Part shown: positions 23,509 through 33,096 of the stretch, in pieces
How positions within the stretch are numbered: the first letter of the stretch is position 1
Layout of the letters: each line of letters begins with the position of its first letter
Sequence record: OR083247.1
Source of the DNA: Escherichia phage Bf23
Length of the DNA: 64,000 nucleotides
Direction: 5' to 3' (one strand)
Made by a program: the position numbers and the translations under genes
The notes under the pieces: generated by a model
What the model saw: the letters and a program-made list of their open reading frames with translations, nothing else
The model's database searches: none
What the model was told of the DNA's origin: nothing

Positions 23509-26298
23509 GTGTTTTCTATCCTCCAAGGTCACGCCGGGTTTTCTCGTGATTTAGCAACAGGTATTTGGCGAGAAATCAAAGCGGAAGATTATACCTTTGC
23601 CAAGCGATTCTCGAAAGAGCATCCAGAAGGTAAACCAGCTTCTATGCCCTTCAAATTTGATGTAATAGAAGAGCACGACCCACAAAGCCTTGCCGAAATG
23701 TTACCCCTTATGAGACGTTTAACGTCTGATCCTCATATCGTTGCGGTACGAGGTCGATGTCTTGCACCTAAAAATAATGTGCGGCGTAAGAAAGGTAACT
23801 TTAATGTATCTAATCCTAGTAATATTATTGCTATGGACGTGGATGGTATCCTAGATACCGGTGGGTACGACAAATTTAATCTTGTTGGTATGGCTCGCCA
23901 CATTATTAAGATGTTGAATAGTATTAGTGAGGATATGTTCCCTCTTGATGCAGGCTTTATAGCTCATGCATCGTCTTCGGCTGGGCTAAAACCAGGTATC
24001 CGAATGCACTTAATGCTAGAATCTAATGTCAAGGTAACTCAGGGTCAGCTAAAGTTCTTATTTACATCTATCAACGATAGTAGTAAGCAAAAATTTGGTT
24101 TTGATATTGCCGACCTAGCTTATTATTCATCTGTCCAGCTCCACTATTTTGCCGACCCCTTATTTAGCGATGGTATTGTTGATCCGTTTAAAGCGGAGAG
24201 TAAGCCACGTCTGGTGTATGTTAAAGGTTCGAAAGTAAATTTGCCCAATAATCTGGTTGACTATGAAACAACTAGAGGGGAGTTTAAGGAAGAGTTTTAT
24301 TCCTTACTTGATCAAATTAAAGGCAAAAAGATTGCTTCTGATAAAGTAGAAGAAACCATCAGCGAGTTAGAAGAGGCTGATGATGGGGTGTATTTGCGTA
24401 TTATCCCCAAACTATACCATAGAGCATTAGAGGATGGGGTTGATTTTGCATGGCTAGAACGTGAGATTAAACCAGCTTTATCTGAATATATTGCAACTAA
24501 AGATAACAGTCGTAATATTCAAGATTACTTTAATAACGGTCGTAAGCAGGCTCTCAAAGCGTTTGTTAATAATTCTAAACGTGAGATTCCATTAAATCTG
24601 AAAGGTGTTCCACTTAAGAAATTAGAAGTGGATTCTCCACCAGAAGTTCCATACCTGAAGATTAACATTGTGCCCCCCAAAGGCCATATAACATTTGTTA
24701 AGGCAAGTCTTGGTACTGGTAAAACTACGGCAGTAACTAAATGGCTGGACGCAGGTGTTCTTCCGGGCAACTTTTTAGCAGTTACAAATACTAGAGCACT
24801 GGTATCTTCAAATGCCAAGAAATTTAGTGCAGGACAATACGATAAGTCTGTAGATATGCTCAACTTTAAACGTGGAGCTATTGATCGTATGTCCACAACT
24901 ATTCACTCTTTGCATAAGTTCAAAAGTTTTATTGGGCAAATAGACACCATTTTTATTGATGAATGTGACGCTGTAATGAATGACCTATTATTCGCCCCTG
25001 TTGTTAAACAACGTCGCGAGTGTATTCAAGTTCTACGTGACATCCTCATGACAGCTAAGACTGTAATCTTATCCGATGGTGATATTAGCGCTGAGACGAT
25101 TGAAGCATATGGTTCTCTAATTGATTTTGATAAACCAGTAGCATTTTATAATCATCACCGTAAAATGCTGTCAAAAGCACACGCTTATGAGTTCCCTGAT
25201 GAATCCAGTATTTGGGTTGCACTTCAGACTTCTCTAGAGATGGGTGAGAAATCTATTCTAGTATCTGATTGTGGTCCTGATGAGCTGAATGAGAAGGGTA
25301 TGGCACTACGTCGTAATACTGGTGCGTTAGTTAAGGAAATCCATTCAAACTCTACGTCAGATGTGGATATTCGACGTATTCTGGATTATACAACTAATGA
25401 GCTAATTGATCAACAAATTGATTGCTTATTATGTAGCCCATCCGTAACGAGTGGTGTTGACTTTAACTACTTTGATAACGTATTTGTTATTACTAGAACC
25501 AGTAATCAAGCGCCAAACATGCGTTTCCAAGCAATCAGGCGCGACCGTGGTGCTCAGAATATCTATTATTTTATTGATAAATCCACTAGTGGGTTCTCCG
25601 CAGGTTCTGAACAATATAATATTGATGAAGGTTGGCTGGAGTTAGCACAGCAATTATACGCACGTCGCAGGGAACTGGAATCCAGGAACTATACTAGTAC
25701 TTTACGTTATTACTTGCTTGATCAAGGTGCAACTATTGATATTTTCAGCGAAAGCTGGGGAACTATTGAAGGTGCTGGTAAAGAGTACACAGAAGAGCGA
25801 ATCAAAGCTATTCTGCATTCAACTCCAGATTATTGTGCTCCACGTCATGCGGATGCGTATGAAGCTAAACTACTTCTTGTTCGCTATTATCATCTTGAGT
25901 CTATTAAAGATGTAACAGTTGAGCATGTTGAACAATATATCAAAGATAAACCGAATGATCGAGCTGCATTCTTCCATAAGATGCACGAGATGTTTTGGGA
26001 AGATATTAAGAAGTGTTCAAACGTCACTATCAAACCATTCATAGAAGCTCTGAAAGGTAAGAAGAAAGATTTCTTCCTTAAAACAGGTCAGAGTGCTAAT
26101 GCAAAATATGCTAGAATGTATCTTGGTATGATGGGCATTGGTAAAGATATGAACACGGAGAATATTGTAGACTGGTATAGAACCTATTGTAAAATCGAGT
26201 GTATGCCAATTCCTTATAAGTTCATGACTGACGAGGAAAAACATATGCATGATGAAGCAATGTCAGAGCTAGGTGCTAGAAATGACAGTGAAGAATAA
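23509..26298 (+). CDS. Walker-type ATPase/helicase, putative replication-origin-binding protein (929 aa), GTG start
   Basis: Walker A SLGTGKTT, Walker B FIDECDAV; AGGAG RBS 8 nt upstream of GTG. Confidence 0.65.
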   Translation: MFSILQGHAGFSRDLATGIWREIKAEDYTFAKRFSKEHPEGKPASMPFKFDVIEEHDPQSLAEMLPLMRRLTSDPHIVAVRGRCLAPKNNVRRKKGNFNVSNPSNIIAMDVDGILDTGGYDKFNLVGMARHIIKMLNSISEDMFPLDAGFIAHASSSAGLKPGIRMHLMLESNVKVTQGQLKFLFTSINDSSKQKFGFDIADLAYYSSVQLHYFADPLFSDGIVDPFKAESKPRLVYVKGSKVNLPNNLVDYETTRGEFKEEFYSLLDQIKGKKIASDKVEETISELEEADDGVYLRIIPKLYHRALEDGVDFAWLEREIKPALSEYIATKDNSRNIQDYFNNGRKQALKAFVNNSKREIPLNLKGVPLKKLEVDSPPEVPYLKINIVPPKGHITFVKASLGTGKTTAVTKWLDAGVLPGNFLAVTNTRALVSSNAKKFSAGQYDKSVDMLNFKRGAIDRMSTTIHSLHKFKSFIGQIDTIFIDECDAVMNDLLFAPVVKQRRECIQVLRDILMTAKTVILSDGDISAETIEAYGSLIDFDKPVAFYNHHRKMLSKAHAYEFPDESSIWVALQTSLEMGEKSILVSDCGPDELNEKGMALRRNTGALVKEIHSNSTSDVDIRRILDYTTNELIDQQIDCLLCSPSVTSGVDFNYFDNVFVITRTSNQAPNMRFQAIRRDRGAQNIYYFIDKSTSGFSAGSEQYNIDEGWLELAQQLYARRRELESRNYTSTLRYYLLDQGATIDIFSESWGTIEGAGKEYTEERIKAILHSTPDYCAPRHADAYEAKLLLVRYYHLESIKDVTVEHVEQYIKDKPNDRAAFFHKMHEMFWEDIKKCSNVTIKPFIEALKGKKKDFFLKTGQSANAKYARMYLGMMGIGKDMNTENIVDWYRTYCKIECMPIPYKFMTDEEKHMHDEAMSELGARNDSEE

Positions 26299-26515
26299 AA
26301 AATGGGAAACAAGGAAGTTTCCAGTAAAGGAACGTAAAGTTCCTGTTTATGATACTTCGGAAAAGCTATGTAGGGTGGTACCACATAGATTAGCTGGTAT
26401 CCCTAACATATCCGAGTGGTTACTTAAACAACGGAGGACTAACGTATCTCTTCGCATAGGGTTTGAGTTAGATAAAGTATATGCTGAACTTTCTTCTTTG
26501 CTCAAAGAATCATAA
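26273..26515 (+). CDS. hypothetical protein (80 aa)
   Basis: ORF track. Confidence 0.35.
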   Translation: MLEMTVKNKKWETRKFPVKERKVPVYDTSEKLCRVVPHRLAGIPNISEWLLKQRRTNVSLRIGFELDKVYAELSSLLKES

Positions 26516-26524
26516 AAAATTTAT

Positions 26525-26553
26525 TTGCTTTCAGGAAAATTTTTCTGTATAAT
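26525..26553 (+). promoter_or_regulatory. T5 PN25-type early promoter (-35 TTGCTT, 17-nt spacer, -10 TATAAT)
   Basis: The stretch TTTGCTTTCAGGAAAATTTTTCTGTATAATAGATTTATAAATTTGAGAGAGGAG is almost identical to the classical PN25 promoter as I recall it. Confidence 0.9.
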
Positions 26554-26584
26554 AGATTTATAAATTTGAGAGAGGAGTTTAAAT

Positions 26585-27289
26585 ATGGCTGGTTCTCGCA
26601 GAAAGAAACATATCCATGAAATCCCGGATGAAGTCTTTAAAAAAGTTATAGAGCATCTGGAGAACGGTGGTACTAAGAAAGCAGCATGTGAAATGCTCGG
26701 GGTATCATCCAACCCAACTATGGAAAGGATGATAGAAGAATGGCAAGATCGCCAAATTCAAGTTGCCGAGATGAAGAAAAAGAAACGTGGTACACTCATT
26801 GAAGGTATTGAGTTGGCCAACGTTATTGAACAGTATCTATCTGGCGATTCTTTTGAAGAGATTGCCGATCGTAATTACCGCTCTGTAGCAATGGTTAAAT
26901 CTGTTCTGGAACGATATGGTGCTCTACTTCGTTTGAACGATATTGTAGACCCATTGAATCCTCCAATTATCCCTGACGATGCTGTAGCAGAAGAATTTGA
27001 AGTTGGAGAACTAGTTTGGGTTCCTGGATACCAGTGTATCGGTGAAATCAAAAAAGCAATGGATAATCCTGTTGGTTGTTATCGAGTCTGGTTACTATCG
27101 GAAGGCAAACAACAGAACGTTCATTATATGAATTATGAGCTGGCTTCTGTTAAACATCTGGAAAAGTTAGGGGTTGACGTAAAATCTCTGGGGTACAAGT
27201 GGACTCGTGAAGAAGTTATTACGTTGATTAACGAAGCTGTTAAGGCTGCCCTGAAACTTGATAAAGAAAAAGGAAAACGCCGTGAGTAG
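26585..27289 (+). CDS. hypothetical protein with N-terminal HTH-like region (234 aa)
   Basis: First gene after the PN25-like promoter; KKAACEMLGVSSNPTMERMIEEW resembles a helix-turn-helix. Confidence 0.55.
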   Translation: MAGSRRKKHIHEIPDEVFKKVIEHLENGGTKKAACEMLGVSSNPTMERMIEEWQDRQIQVAEMKKKKRGTLIEGIELANVIEQYLSGDSFEEIADRNYRSVAMVKSVLERYGALLRLNDIVDPLNPPIIPDDAVAEEFEVGELVWVPGYQCIGEIKKAMDNPVGCYRVWLLSEGKQQNVHYMNYELASVKHLEKLGVDVKSLGYKWTREEVITLINEAVKAALKLDKEKGKRRE

Positions 27290-27533
27290 ACTAACCGATT
27301 TACTTAAAGATGGGGAAGTAAAAACACTATATCGTAGAAGCTGGGATAACGATAATAACGGCTTAGTGTTATTAACTTTAGATGCTGACTCAGATGTAGC
27401 TACTCAGCATACCTGGGTAGCGGGTAACTATCCCTATAGCGAGATTGTTCCATTAACAGTATGCGAAGCTATTGCGGACGATTGGGAGGTTGCCAGCATT
27501 GATGATATGCTCGCTGTTGGCCTGGTGGAGTAA
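27258..27533 (+). CDS. hypothetical protein (about 91 aa; start uncertain, possibly GTG near 27285)
   Basis: ORF overlaps the 3' end of the previous gene. Confidence 0.4.
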   Translation: MIKKKENAVSRLTDLLKDGEVKTLYRRSWDNDNNGLVLLTLDADSDVATQHTWVAGNYPYSEIVPLTVCEAIADDWEVASIDDMLAVGLVE

Positions 27534-27636
27534 CTACTTAAAAATTTCAGTTGCTTAATCCTACAATTCTTGATATAATATTCTCATAGTTTGAAAGAAC
27601 TATTCTGTTTAATTCTTAATTAAGGAAATATAAAAT

Positions 27637-28047
27637 ATGACTACTCCAACTCAGTGGACTGATGAACTGTTCGAAAAAATGTCTTCCGAATACGTTGCTC
27701 GTATGGAGCAATTCCCAGAGGATGAACGTCCGGGTGTTAGCATGGAAATTGTTAGCGAAATTGCCCAGGAAAATGGTGTAACTCCGAACGGTTTTCGTAT
27801 GAAGCTGACTAAAGCAGGTTTGTATATCAAGAAAGCTGCTGGCTCTGCTTCTAAATCTAGCGCATCTACTGGAGAAAAAGCTTCCGGTGGTTCTCGTACC
27901 TCCAAAGCTCAAGCCCATGCCGACCTTCGTTCAGCTTTCTCTGATGCTGGCTTAGCACCAGATTTTCTGGATGATGCAATTATCGACAAACTGACCGGTA
28001 AAGCGGCTGCTCATCTGGCAGAAGCAATCCGAGCTATCACTAAGTAA
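27637..28047 (+). CDS. hypothetical protein (136 aa)
   Basis: ORF with RBS AAGGAAAT; codon usage typical of the well-expressed genes here. Confidence 0.55.
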   Translation: MTTPTQWTDELFEKMSSEYVARMEQFPEDERPGVSMEIVSEIAQENGVTPNGFRMKLTKAGLYIKKAAGSASKSSASTGEKASGGSRTSKAQAHADLRSAFSDAGLAPDFLDDAIIDKLTGKAAAHLAEAIRAITK

Positions 28048-28084
28048 TATTTAGATAAATCCACCAACAAAAGGAACTATAGCT

Positions 28085-28381
28085 ATGACTAAAGCTGAAA
28101 TTATTGCACAGTGCGAAAAATTTGGTGAGTTTTATCTTCATTACGAGAAACTTCGTCAGAAAGGAACCACGTACCTTCAGGGTACAATGGAATTTGATCC
28201 GGCCCAAGATAAATATCTGGCTGAGCGTATTAAACGTGAACGTATTCGTAAAGCGAAAGATGATGAAATCCTTGTCTTCTCTCGTACTAATGATAGCTTC
28301 CGTTTTATTCCTGTCGAGAAAGTTCGTCGTGTGACTAGCCTCCAATCAGAGTTAGATCGTGCTTCTCCAGTAGGCCGATAA
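28085..28381 (+). CDS. hypothetical protein (98 aa)
   Basis: ORF track. Confidence 0.5.
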   Translation: MTKAEIIAQCEKFGEFYLHYEKLRQKGTTYLQGTMEFDPAQDKYLAERIKRERIRKAKDDEILVFSRTNDSFRFIPVEKVRRVTSLQSELDRASPVGR

Positions 28382-28391
28382 GAAAACAATT

Positions 28392-28413
28392 AGCCCCTAT
28401 ATGGGGCTTTTTG
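28392..28413 (+). terminator. rho-independent terminator
   Basis: Hairpin AGCCCC-TATAT-GGGGCT followed by TTTTT. Confidence 0.6.
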
Positions 28414-28431
28414 TGTATTTGGGATATGTAA

Positions 28432-28740
28432 ATGAGCGAACAGGTAAATCAAAACTATGAAGGACACGTTGATGACCAGTCCATCATACTTTGGGAGAAG
28501 GAGGGGGAACAAGTAAGATTAACAGTATCTGAATTTCGTGGGAATCTATACATGGGTATTCGTTACTGGCTTCTTGATATTAATGATGAATGGTTTCCAA
28601 CGAAATCTGGCTTCTCTTTTCCTTACACCCTAGAAACAACATCACAGCTTTTCTATGCGTTTACACAGATTCTTAGCGAATCTGAGGTTTTACATGAAGT
28701 ACAGAAACGAGCTGAAGAACTCAAAGCCAAGAATGCCTAG
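28432..28740 (+). CDS. hypothetical protein (102 aa)
   Basis: ORF track. Confidence 0.5.
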   Translation: MSEQVNQNYEGHVDDQSIILWEKEGEQVRLTVSEFRGNLYMGIRYWLLDINDEWFPTKSGFSFPYTLETTSQLFYAFTQILSESEVLHEVQKRAEELKAKNA

Positions 28741-28767
28741 TTCTTGGCTTTTTCTTTATAAATGTAT

Positions 28768-28796
28768 TTGCTTTCAACTCAGTTTTGTTATATAAT
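28768..28796 (+). promoter_or_regulatory. T5-type early promoter (-35 TTGCTT, 17-nt spacer, -10 TATAAT) upstream of ligase subunit A
   Basis: Consensus hexamers plus downstream ATAAATTAATGAGAG box. Confidence 0.7.
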
Positions 28797-28827
28797 ATTT
28801 ATATAAATTAATGAGAGATATAAATAA

Positions 28828-29799
28828 ATGACCAATGTAAAAGAATTTATTAAACGCTGTCAAGAAGCATATTATCAAGGTATGTCTTTAATCTCTGATG
28901 AGGAGTATGATTGCCTAGTAAAACGCTTCCCGTTAGAGGAAGAGATCGGGCCTAAGGGTGATATTCCACATCTGTATCGTATGTATTCTTTACAGAAAGT
29001 TTACTATAACCGTGGAGATAAACCACCATTCAATCCTTTAGGTCAGGTGGAAACCGATAAGTTAGATGGTTGTGCAATTTCTCTGCTATATATTAATGGC
29101 GAATTTGTTCAAGCACTAACTCGTGGTAATGGTATTCTGGGGAATGATGTCACAAGCAACATAAGATTGCTGAACATCCCTAAAAAGATTTCCCAAAAAG
29201 TACCTACTCAAATCACTGGTGAAGTTCTAATTACAAAAGAAGTAGAAAATAAACGTAACTTTGCCTCTGGTGCTATTAACCTCAAAGATAGCGATGATTT
29301 CGTACAACGTATCGGGGAAGGTGGTTTAATCTTTGTTGCTTATGGTATCCAATGTTCTGCTGAATCTGTGGGTATTACAGAAGCATATTTAAAAGATATG
29401 CTTTGGCTAGAGAATGAGAACTTCTTAACAGTTGTTAATGTGCGTTCCTTCTTTAAATGGATTCCGACGGACGGTAAAGTTGTTCGTATTAATGACAACA
29501 ACAAATTCTTCCGTGAAGGCTGGACTAATAAATTCCCTCGTGGAGCATTCGCCATTAAAGAGGATGAAGAAGGCGAGATTACAACTCTTACTAAGGTTGA
29601 ATGGCAGGTAGGGGCTTCTGGTAAAGTAACTCCAGTTGGTTATTTCGAACCGGTAATTATTGATGATGCTACAATTGTTAAAGCGACTCTTAATAACGTT
29701 GATTATATTAACTCTCTCGATCTAGAGATCGGTTGCCAGATTCGAGTGATTCGTGCTGGTGGTGTAATCCCGTGCATAGTAGAGCGAGTATACGATTAA
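28828..29799 (+). CDS. NAD-dependent DNA ligase, N-terminal adenylation part (subunit A, 323 aa)
   Basis: KxDG adenylation motif in ETDKLDGCAISL; OB-fold-like C-terminal region. Confidence 0.8.
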   Translation: MTNVKEFIKRCQEAYYQGMSLISDEEYDCLVKRFPLEEEIGPKGDIPHLYRMYSLQKVYYNRGDKPPFNPLGQVETDKLDGCAISLLYINGEFVQALTRGNGILGNDVTSNIRLLNIPKKISQKVPTQITGEVLITKEVENKRNFASGAINLKDSDDFVQRIGEGGLIFVAYGIQCSAESVGITEAYLKDMLWLENENFLTVVNVRSFFKWIPTDGKVVRINDNNKFFREGWTNKFPRGAFAIKEDEEGEITTLTKVEWQVGASGKVTPVGYFEPVIIDDATIVKATLNNVDYINSLDLEIGCQIRVIRAGGVIPCIVERVYD

Positions 29800-29942
29800 T
29801 ACATAATCCTTTGCTACCCATCTACCATATCGGAATTATAAAGTGGTTATTGACATTTTCGCCGCTTAGGTATATACTATTATCATTCAGTTGAGGGATA
29901 GAAAGTTATGGCGAGGGTAAGCAAAGTTAGTTAAAATTGTAG

Positions 29943-29971
29943 TTGCTAAATGCTTAAATACTTGCTATAAT
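29943..29971 (+). promoter_or_regulatory. T5-type early promoter (-35 TTGCTA, 17-nt spacer, -10 TATAAT) between the two ligase parts
   Basis: Consensus hexamers plus downstream ATAAATTGATAAGGAAG. Confidence 0.7.
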
Positions 29972-29998
29972 ATTTATATAAATTGATAAGGAAGAAAT

Positions 29999-30781
29999 TT
30001 GATGAAAATCGAAATTCCAACACAATGTCCCTCTTGTGGTTCTAAGCTAGATCTTGTCAACGGACAATTATTTTGTCGTAATAAGTCCAACTGTCCAGCG
30101 CAATCAAGTAAGTTAATTGAGAACTTCTGTACAAAAATGAAGTTAAAGGGTTTTGGCCCGAAAACTATTGAGAAGCTGGAGCTGACGAAGATTTCAGAAC
30201 TATTTTACCTAACCGAAGAAGATTTGGTTAGAGCCGTGGGTAGCAAGGTTGCCGCTAAGTTAATTAGCGAATTAAATACTAAAGTTCGCGGAGACATTGA
30301 CTTTGGTTCAGTTCTCGGTTCTTTAGGAATCTCTCTAATTGGAGAGGTTGCAGCAAAGAAATTATCCCAAAATTGCACTAGCTTCCACGATGTGAAGGCT
30401 GACGGCAAGGCTGGAGAAAACTATAAAGCCTGGCTAAATTCCCCACAAGGCAAGGATGTTATCGAATTACCGTGGAAATTCACAACTGGTATTAAAGGTG
30501 CTAAAGCTGACATCATCATTACTGATGGTCTAGTAGCCCAACCAAACGGAATAACGGTATGTATTACCGGATCTTTGCAAGATTTTGCAAATAGAACGGA
30601 TGCAACAAACTATTTAGAAGGTCTAGGATATACGGTTAAGAAATCCGTTACCAAAGACGTCAAATACCTAATCTGTGAGGATGAATCGAAGCGTTCTTCC
30701 TCATCTTATAAGAAAGCCGAAACGAATGGGATAGAAATCCTGTCGATTAAAGAACTATTGGAGAAAAATAATAATGTCTAA
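29999..30781 (+). CDS. NAD-dependent DNA ligase, C-terminal part (subunit B: zinc finger, HhH, BRCT-like; 260 aa)
   Basis: Zn finger CPSCGS..C..C, helix-hairpin-helix-like GFGPKTIEKL. Confidence 0.75.
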   Translation: MMKIEIPTQCPSCGSKLDLVNGQLFCRNKSNCPAQSSKLIENFCTKMKLKGFGPKTIEKLELTKISELFYLTEEDLVRAVGSKVAAKLISELNTKVRGDIDFGSVLGSLGISLIGEVAAKKLSQNCTSFHDVKADGKAGENYKAWLNSPQGKDVIELPWKFTTGIKGAKADIIITDGLVAQPNGITVCITGSLQDFANRTDATNYLEGLGYTVKKSVTKDVKYLICEDESKRSSSSYKKAETNGIEILSIKELLEKNNNV

Positions 30782-31541
30782 ACTGAACTGGAACGTAGAA
30801 GGTGTAACCGAGTCTCTGAAAGCAAAAGCCACTGCTCTGGGTGTTGATGTAATCTCTCAAGAACAAGTAGCTGCTATCGCCGCTGAACTGGCTGCTGAAA
30901 CTGGCAAAGACGTTACCGCTCGCTCTGTTGGCTCTAAGCTGCGTAAAGAAGGTTTCGAAGTACAGAAAGCTAACGAAGTACAGAAATCCCCGTGGACTCC
31001 TGAGCAGGAAGCTGAACTGGTTGATTTCCTGAACGCTCACGCTGGTCAGTATACCTATGCTGAAATCGCTGCTGCTGTAGCTGGTGGTCAGTTCGGTGCT
31101 AAACAGGTACAGGGTAAGATCCTGAGTCTGGAAATGACCGCTTCTGTTAAACCAACTGAAAAAGCTGCTGCTGTTCGTTCCTTCACTCCGGATGAAGAAA
31201 CTGATTTTGTTAATCAGGTTGTTGCTGGTGCTACTATTGAAGCTATCGCTGCTCACTTCGGTCGTAATATCAAGCAGATCCGTGGTAAAGCTCTGAGCCT
31301 GCTTCGTGAAGGTCGTATCGCTGCTATGCCGGTACAGGAAACCTCAAGTGCTAAAACTCGTGAAGATCTGTTAGAAGGTCTGGATCTGGTTAACATGACT
31401 GTTGCTGAGATCGCTGAGAAAACTGGTAAATCTGAGCGCGGTGTTAAATCTATGCTGTCTCGTCGTGGTCTGGTTGCTAAGGACTATGATGGTGCCGCTA
31501 AGCGTGCTAAACTGGATGCAAAAGCTGCGGCTGCTGAATAA
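30774..31541 (+). CDS. abundant DNA-binding protein (T5 D5-like) with four internal HTH-like repeats (255 aa)
   Basis: Four repeats of an (I/V)AxIAxxxG(K/R)..(K/R)xxGKxLSL pattern; codon usage typical of highly expressed genes. Confidence 0.55.
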   Translation: MSKLNWNVEGVTESLKAKATALGVDVISQEQVAAIAAELAAETGKDVTARSVGSKLRKEGFEVQKANEVQKSPWTPEQEAELVDFLNAHAGQYTYAEIAAAVAGGQFGAKQVQGKILSLEMTASVKPTEKAAAVRSFTPDEETDFVNQVVAGATIEAIAAHFGRNIKQIRGKALSLLREGRIAAMPVQETSSAKTREDLLEGLDLVNMTVAEIAEKTGKSERGVKSMLSRRGLVAKDYDGAAKRAKLDAKAAAAE

Positions 31542-31558
31542 TCTGGTAAATTAAACCT

Positions 31559-31591
31559 AAGGGGAGGGGGCTATGCTCCTTCCCCTTTTTG
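31559..31591 (+). terminator. rho-independent terminator
   Basis: Hairpin AAGGGGA..TCCCCTT followed by TTTTT. Confidence 0.6.
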
Positions 31592-31623
31592 CATTTAGAA
31601 GGCACGAAAGCGTGCAAAGGAGA

Positions 31624-33096
31624 ATGACCTTGTTTAACGTGCAAGCTGTAGTGTTGAAGATGCTTCTAGCTTCCGAACAGAAGCAAATAGCATTGGAAAC
31701 ATTCTCAAAACTGCATAAAGATCATTTTAATGACGCTTTCTCCTCAATTTACCAAGCCGTCCAGAATTATTATAAAAAATATAACACAATGCCGTCCATT
31801 GACGCACTTATGCTTGAAGCTAATAGGAACGCCCGCCTTTCTCAAGCTCTAGTCGTCTTAGCTAACACTCAAATTCCAGAAGTGAGCATGGAACAGGCAC
31901 TTGAAGTCCTAGAGGCTGAATATACACAGGATTTATTCCTGAAGCTTCTAGAAACAGACGTGCTTCAAGATTTAACAATGCTGGATCAGGGAGAAATTCT
32001 CAACCGAGTTGCCTCCCTTCACTTAAAATTAGAAGAGAAAGTAACGAATACTGGAAAAGTATTCAACGCAGATAACATGCGTATTTTCCAGAGAGAAGAA
32101 GATACCAAACTGAACTTAATCGCTCTTGGTATTTGTAATGAGTTCGACGCTCAAATTGGTTTAGCTCGCACAGAAACGTTACTGCTTGGTGGTTGGCGTG
32201 GTACTGGTAAATCCATTATCTGTTCAAACATACAGGTTCAGCAATATTTGAATGGGGATATTGCTCCATACTTCTCAATTGAGATGAAAGAACATGAAGT
32301 ATTTAGACGTAATCTAGCCATGTTAGCTGGTGTATCAGCACTAGCAATGCGTAATAATACTCTAGAAGGTGCGGCTCTGTTGAGATTAGCCAGAACTAGA
32401 GCTAGGATGTTTAACGGTGGTGAAGAGCTTTTCGATAACTTCGTTAAACAGTACACAATGGCTAAGATGAGTGATTTCTACGATATGGAAAGTAAGCTAA
32501 TAGAAGGGTATGAGCTACATACTCCTATGATTATTGTTTATGATCCTGAGCTGTCTATTACAACAGTTGACGTAGAATTAAATAAATTAGTTGCTAGATA
32601 TGGGGATAAAGTTACAGTAGCTTTACTTGACTATATTAACCAAACCCGACTTCCAGATTCTAAAACCATTGATATGTATGACTGGAAAGAACAGATGGTT
32701 GTTAGCTCGTCTTTCAAATCTATCTGTCAGAAACATAACGTGGCTGGTGTAGCTCCTTACCAGATCGATCAAGATGGTAGAACACGTATGTCAAAAGGGA
32801 TTCTTGATTCCGCAGACATGGCTGCTAATCTTAACGCTGCAAAAGCTGATAATGGTCAAGGTGCTATTATGTTTGACTTCGTTAAGACTCGTTCTTCTGA
32901 TAGCGTGAAGTTTATGCCTAAAATGAACTGGGAAACCCTGCGGATGGATAACACTACCAACCTAGCAATGGAAGATATATCTCAAATGGAAGCTGAGTTC
33001 GTTATCCCTATTGAGAAGGATAAGCCGGCTCAATCTAAACGTGCTAAGAAAGACAAAGCTGAAAATTCAACAGGTGAACAGGCCAGCGATATATGA
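31624..33096 (+). CDS. RecA-fold ATPase / DnaB-like replicative helicase (about 490 aa)
   Basis: Walker A-like GGWRGTGKS; start moved to the ATG at 31624 after an AAGGAG RBS. Confidence 0.6.
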   Translation: MTLFNVQAVVLKMLLASEQKQIALETFSKLHKDHFNDAFSSIYQAVQNYYKKYNTMPSIDALMLEANRNARLSQALVVLANTQIPEVSMEQALEVLEAEYTQDLFLKLLETDVLQDLTMLDQGEILNRVASLHLKLEEKVTNTGKVFNADNMRIFQREEDTKLNLIALGICNEFDAQIGLARTETLLLGGWRGTGKSIICSNIQVQQYLNGDIAPYFSIEMKEHEVFRRNLAMLAGVSALAMRNNTLEGAALLRLARTRARMFNGGEELFDNFVKQYTMAKMSDFYDMESKLIEGYELHTPMIIVYDPELSITTVDVELNKLVARYGDKVTVALLDYINQTRLPDSKTIDMYDWKEQMVVSSSFKSICQKHNVAGVAPYQIDQDGRTRMSKGILDSADMAANLNAAKADNGQGAIMFDFVKTRSSDSVKFMPKMNWETLRMDNTTNLAMEDISQMEAEFVIPIEKDKPAQSKRAKKDKAENSTGEQASDI

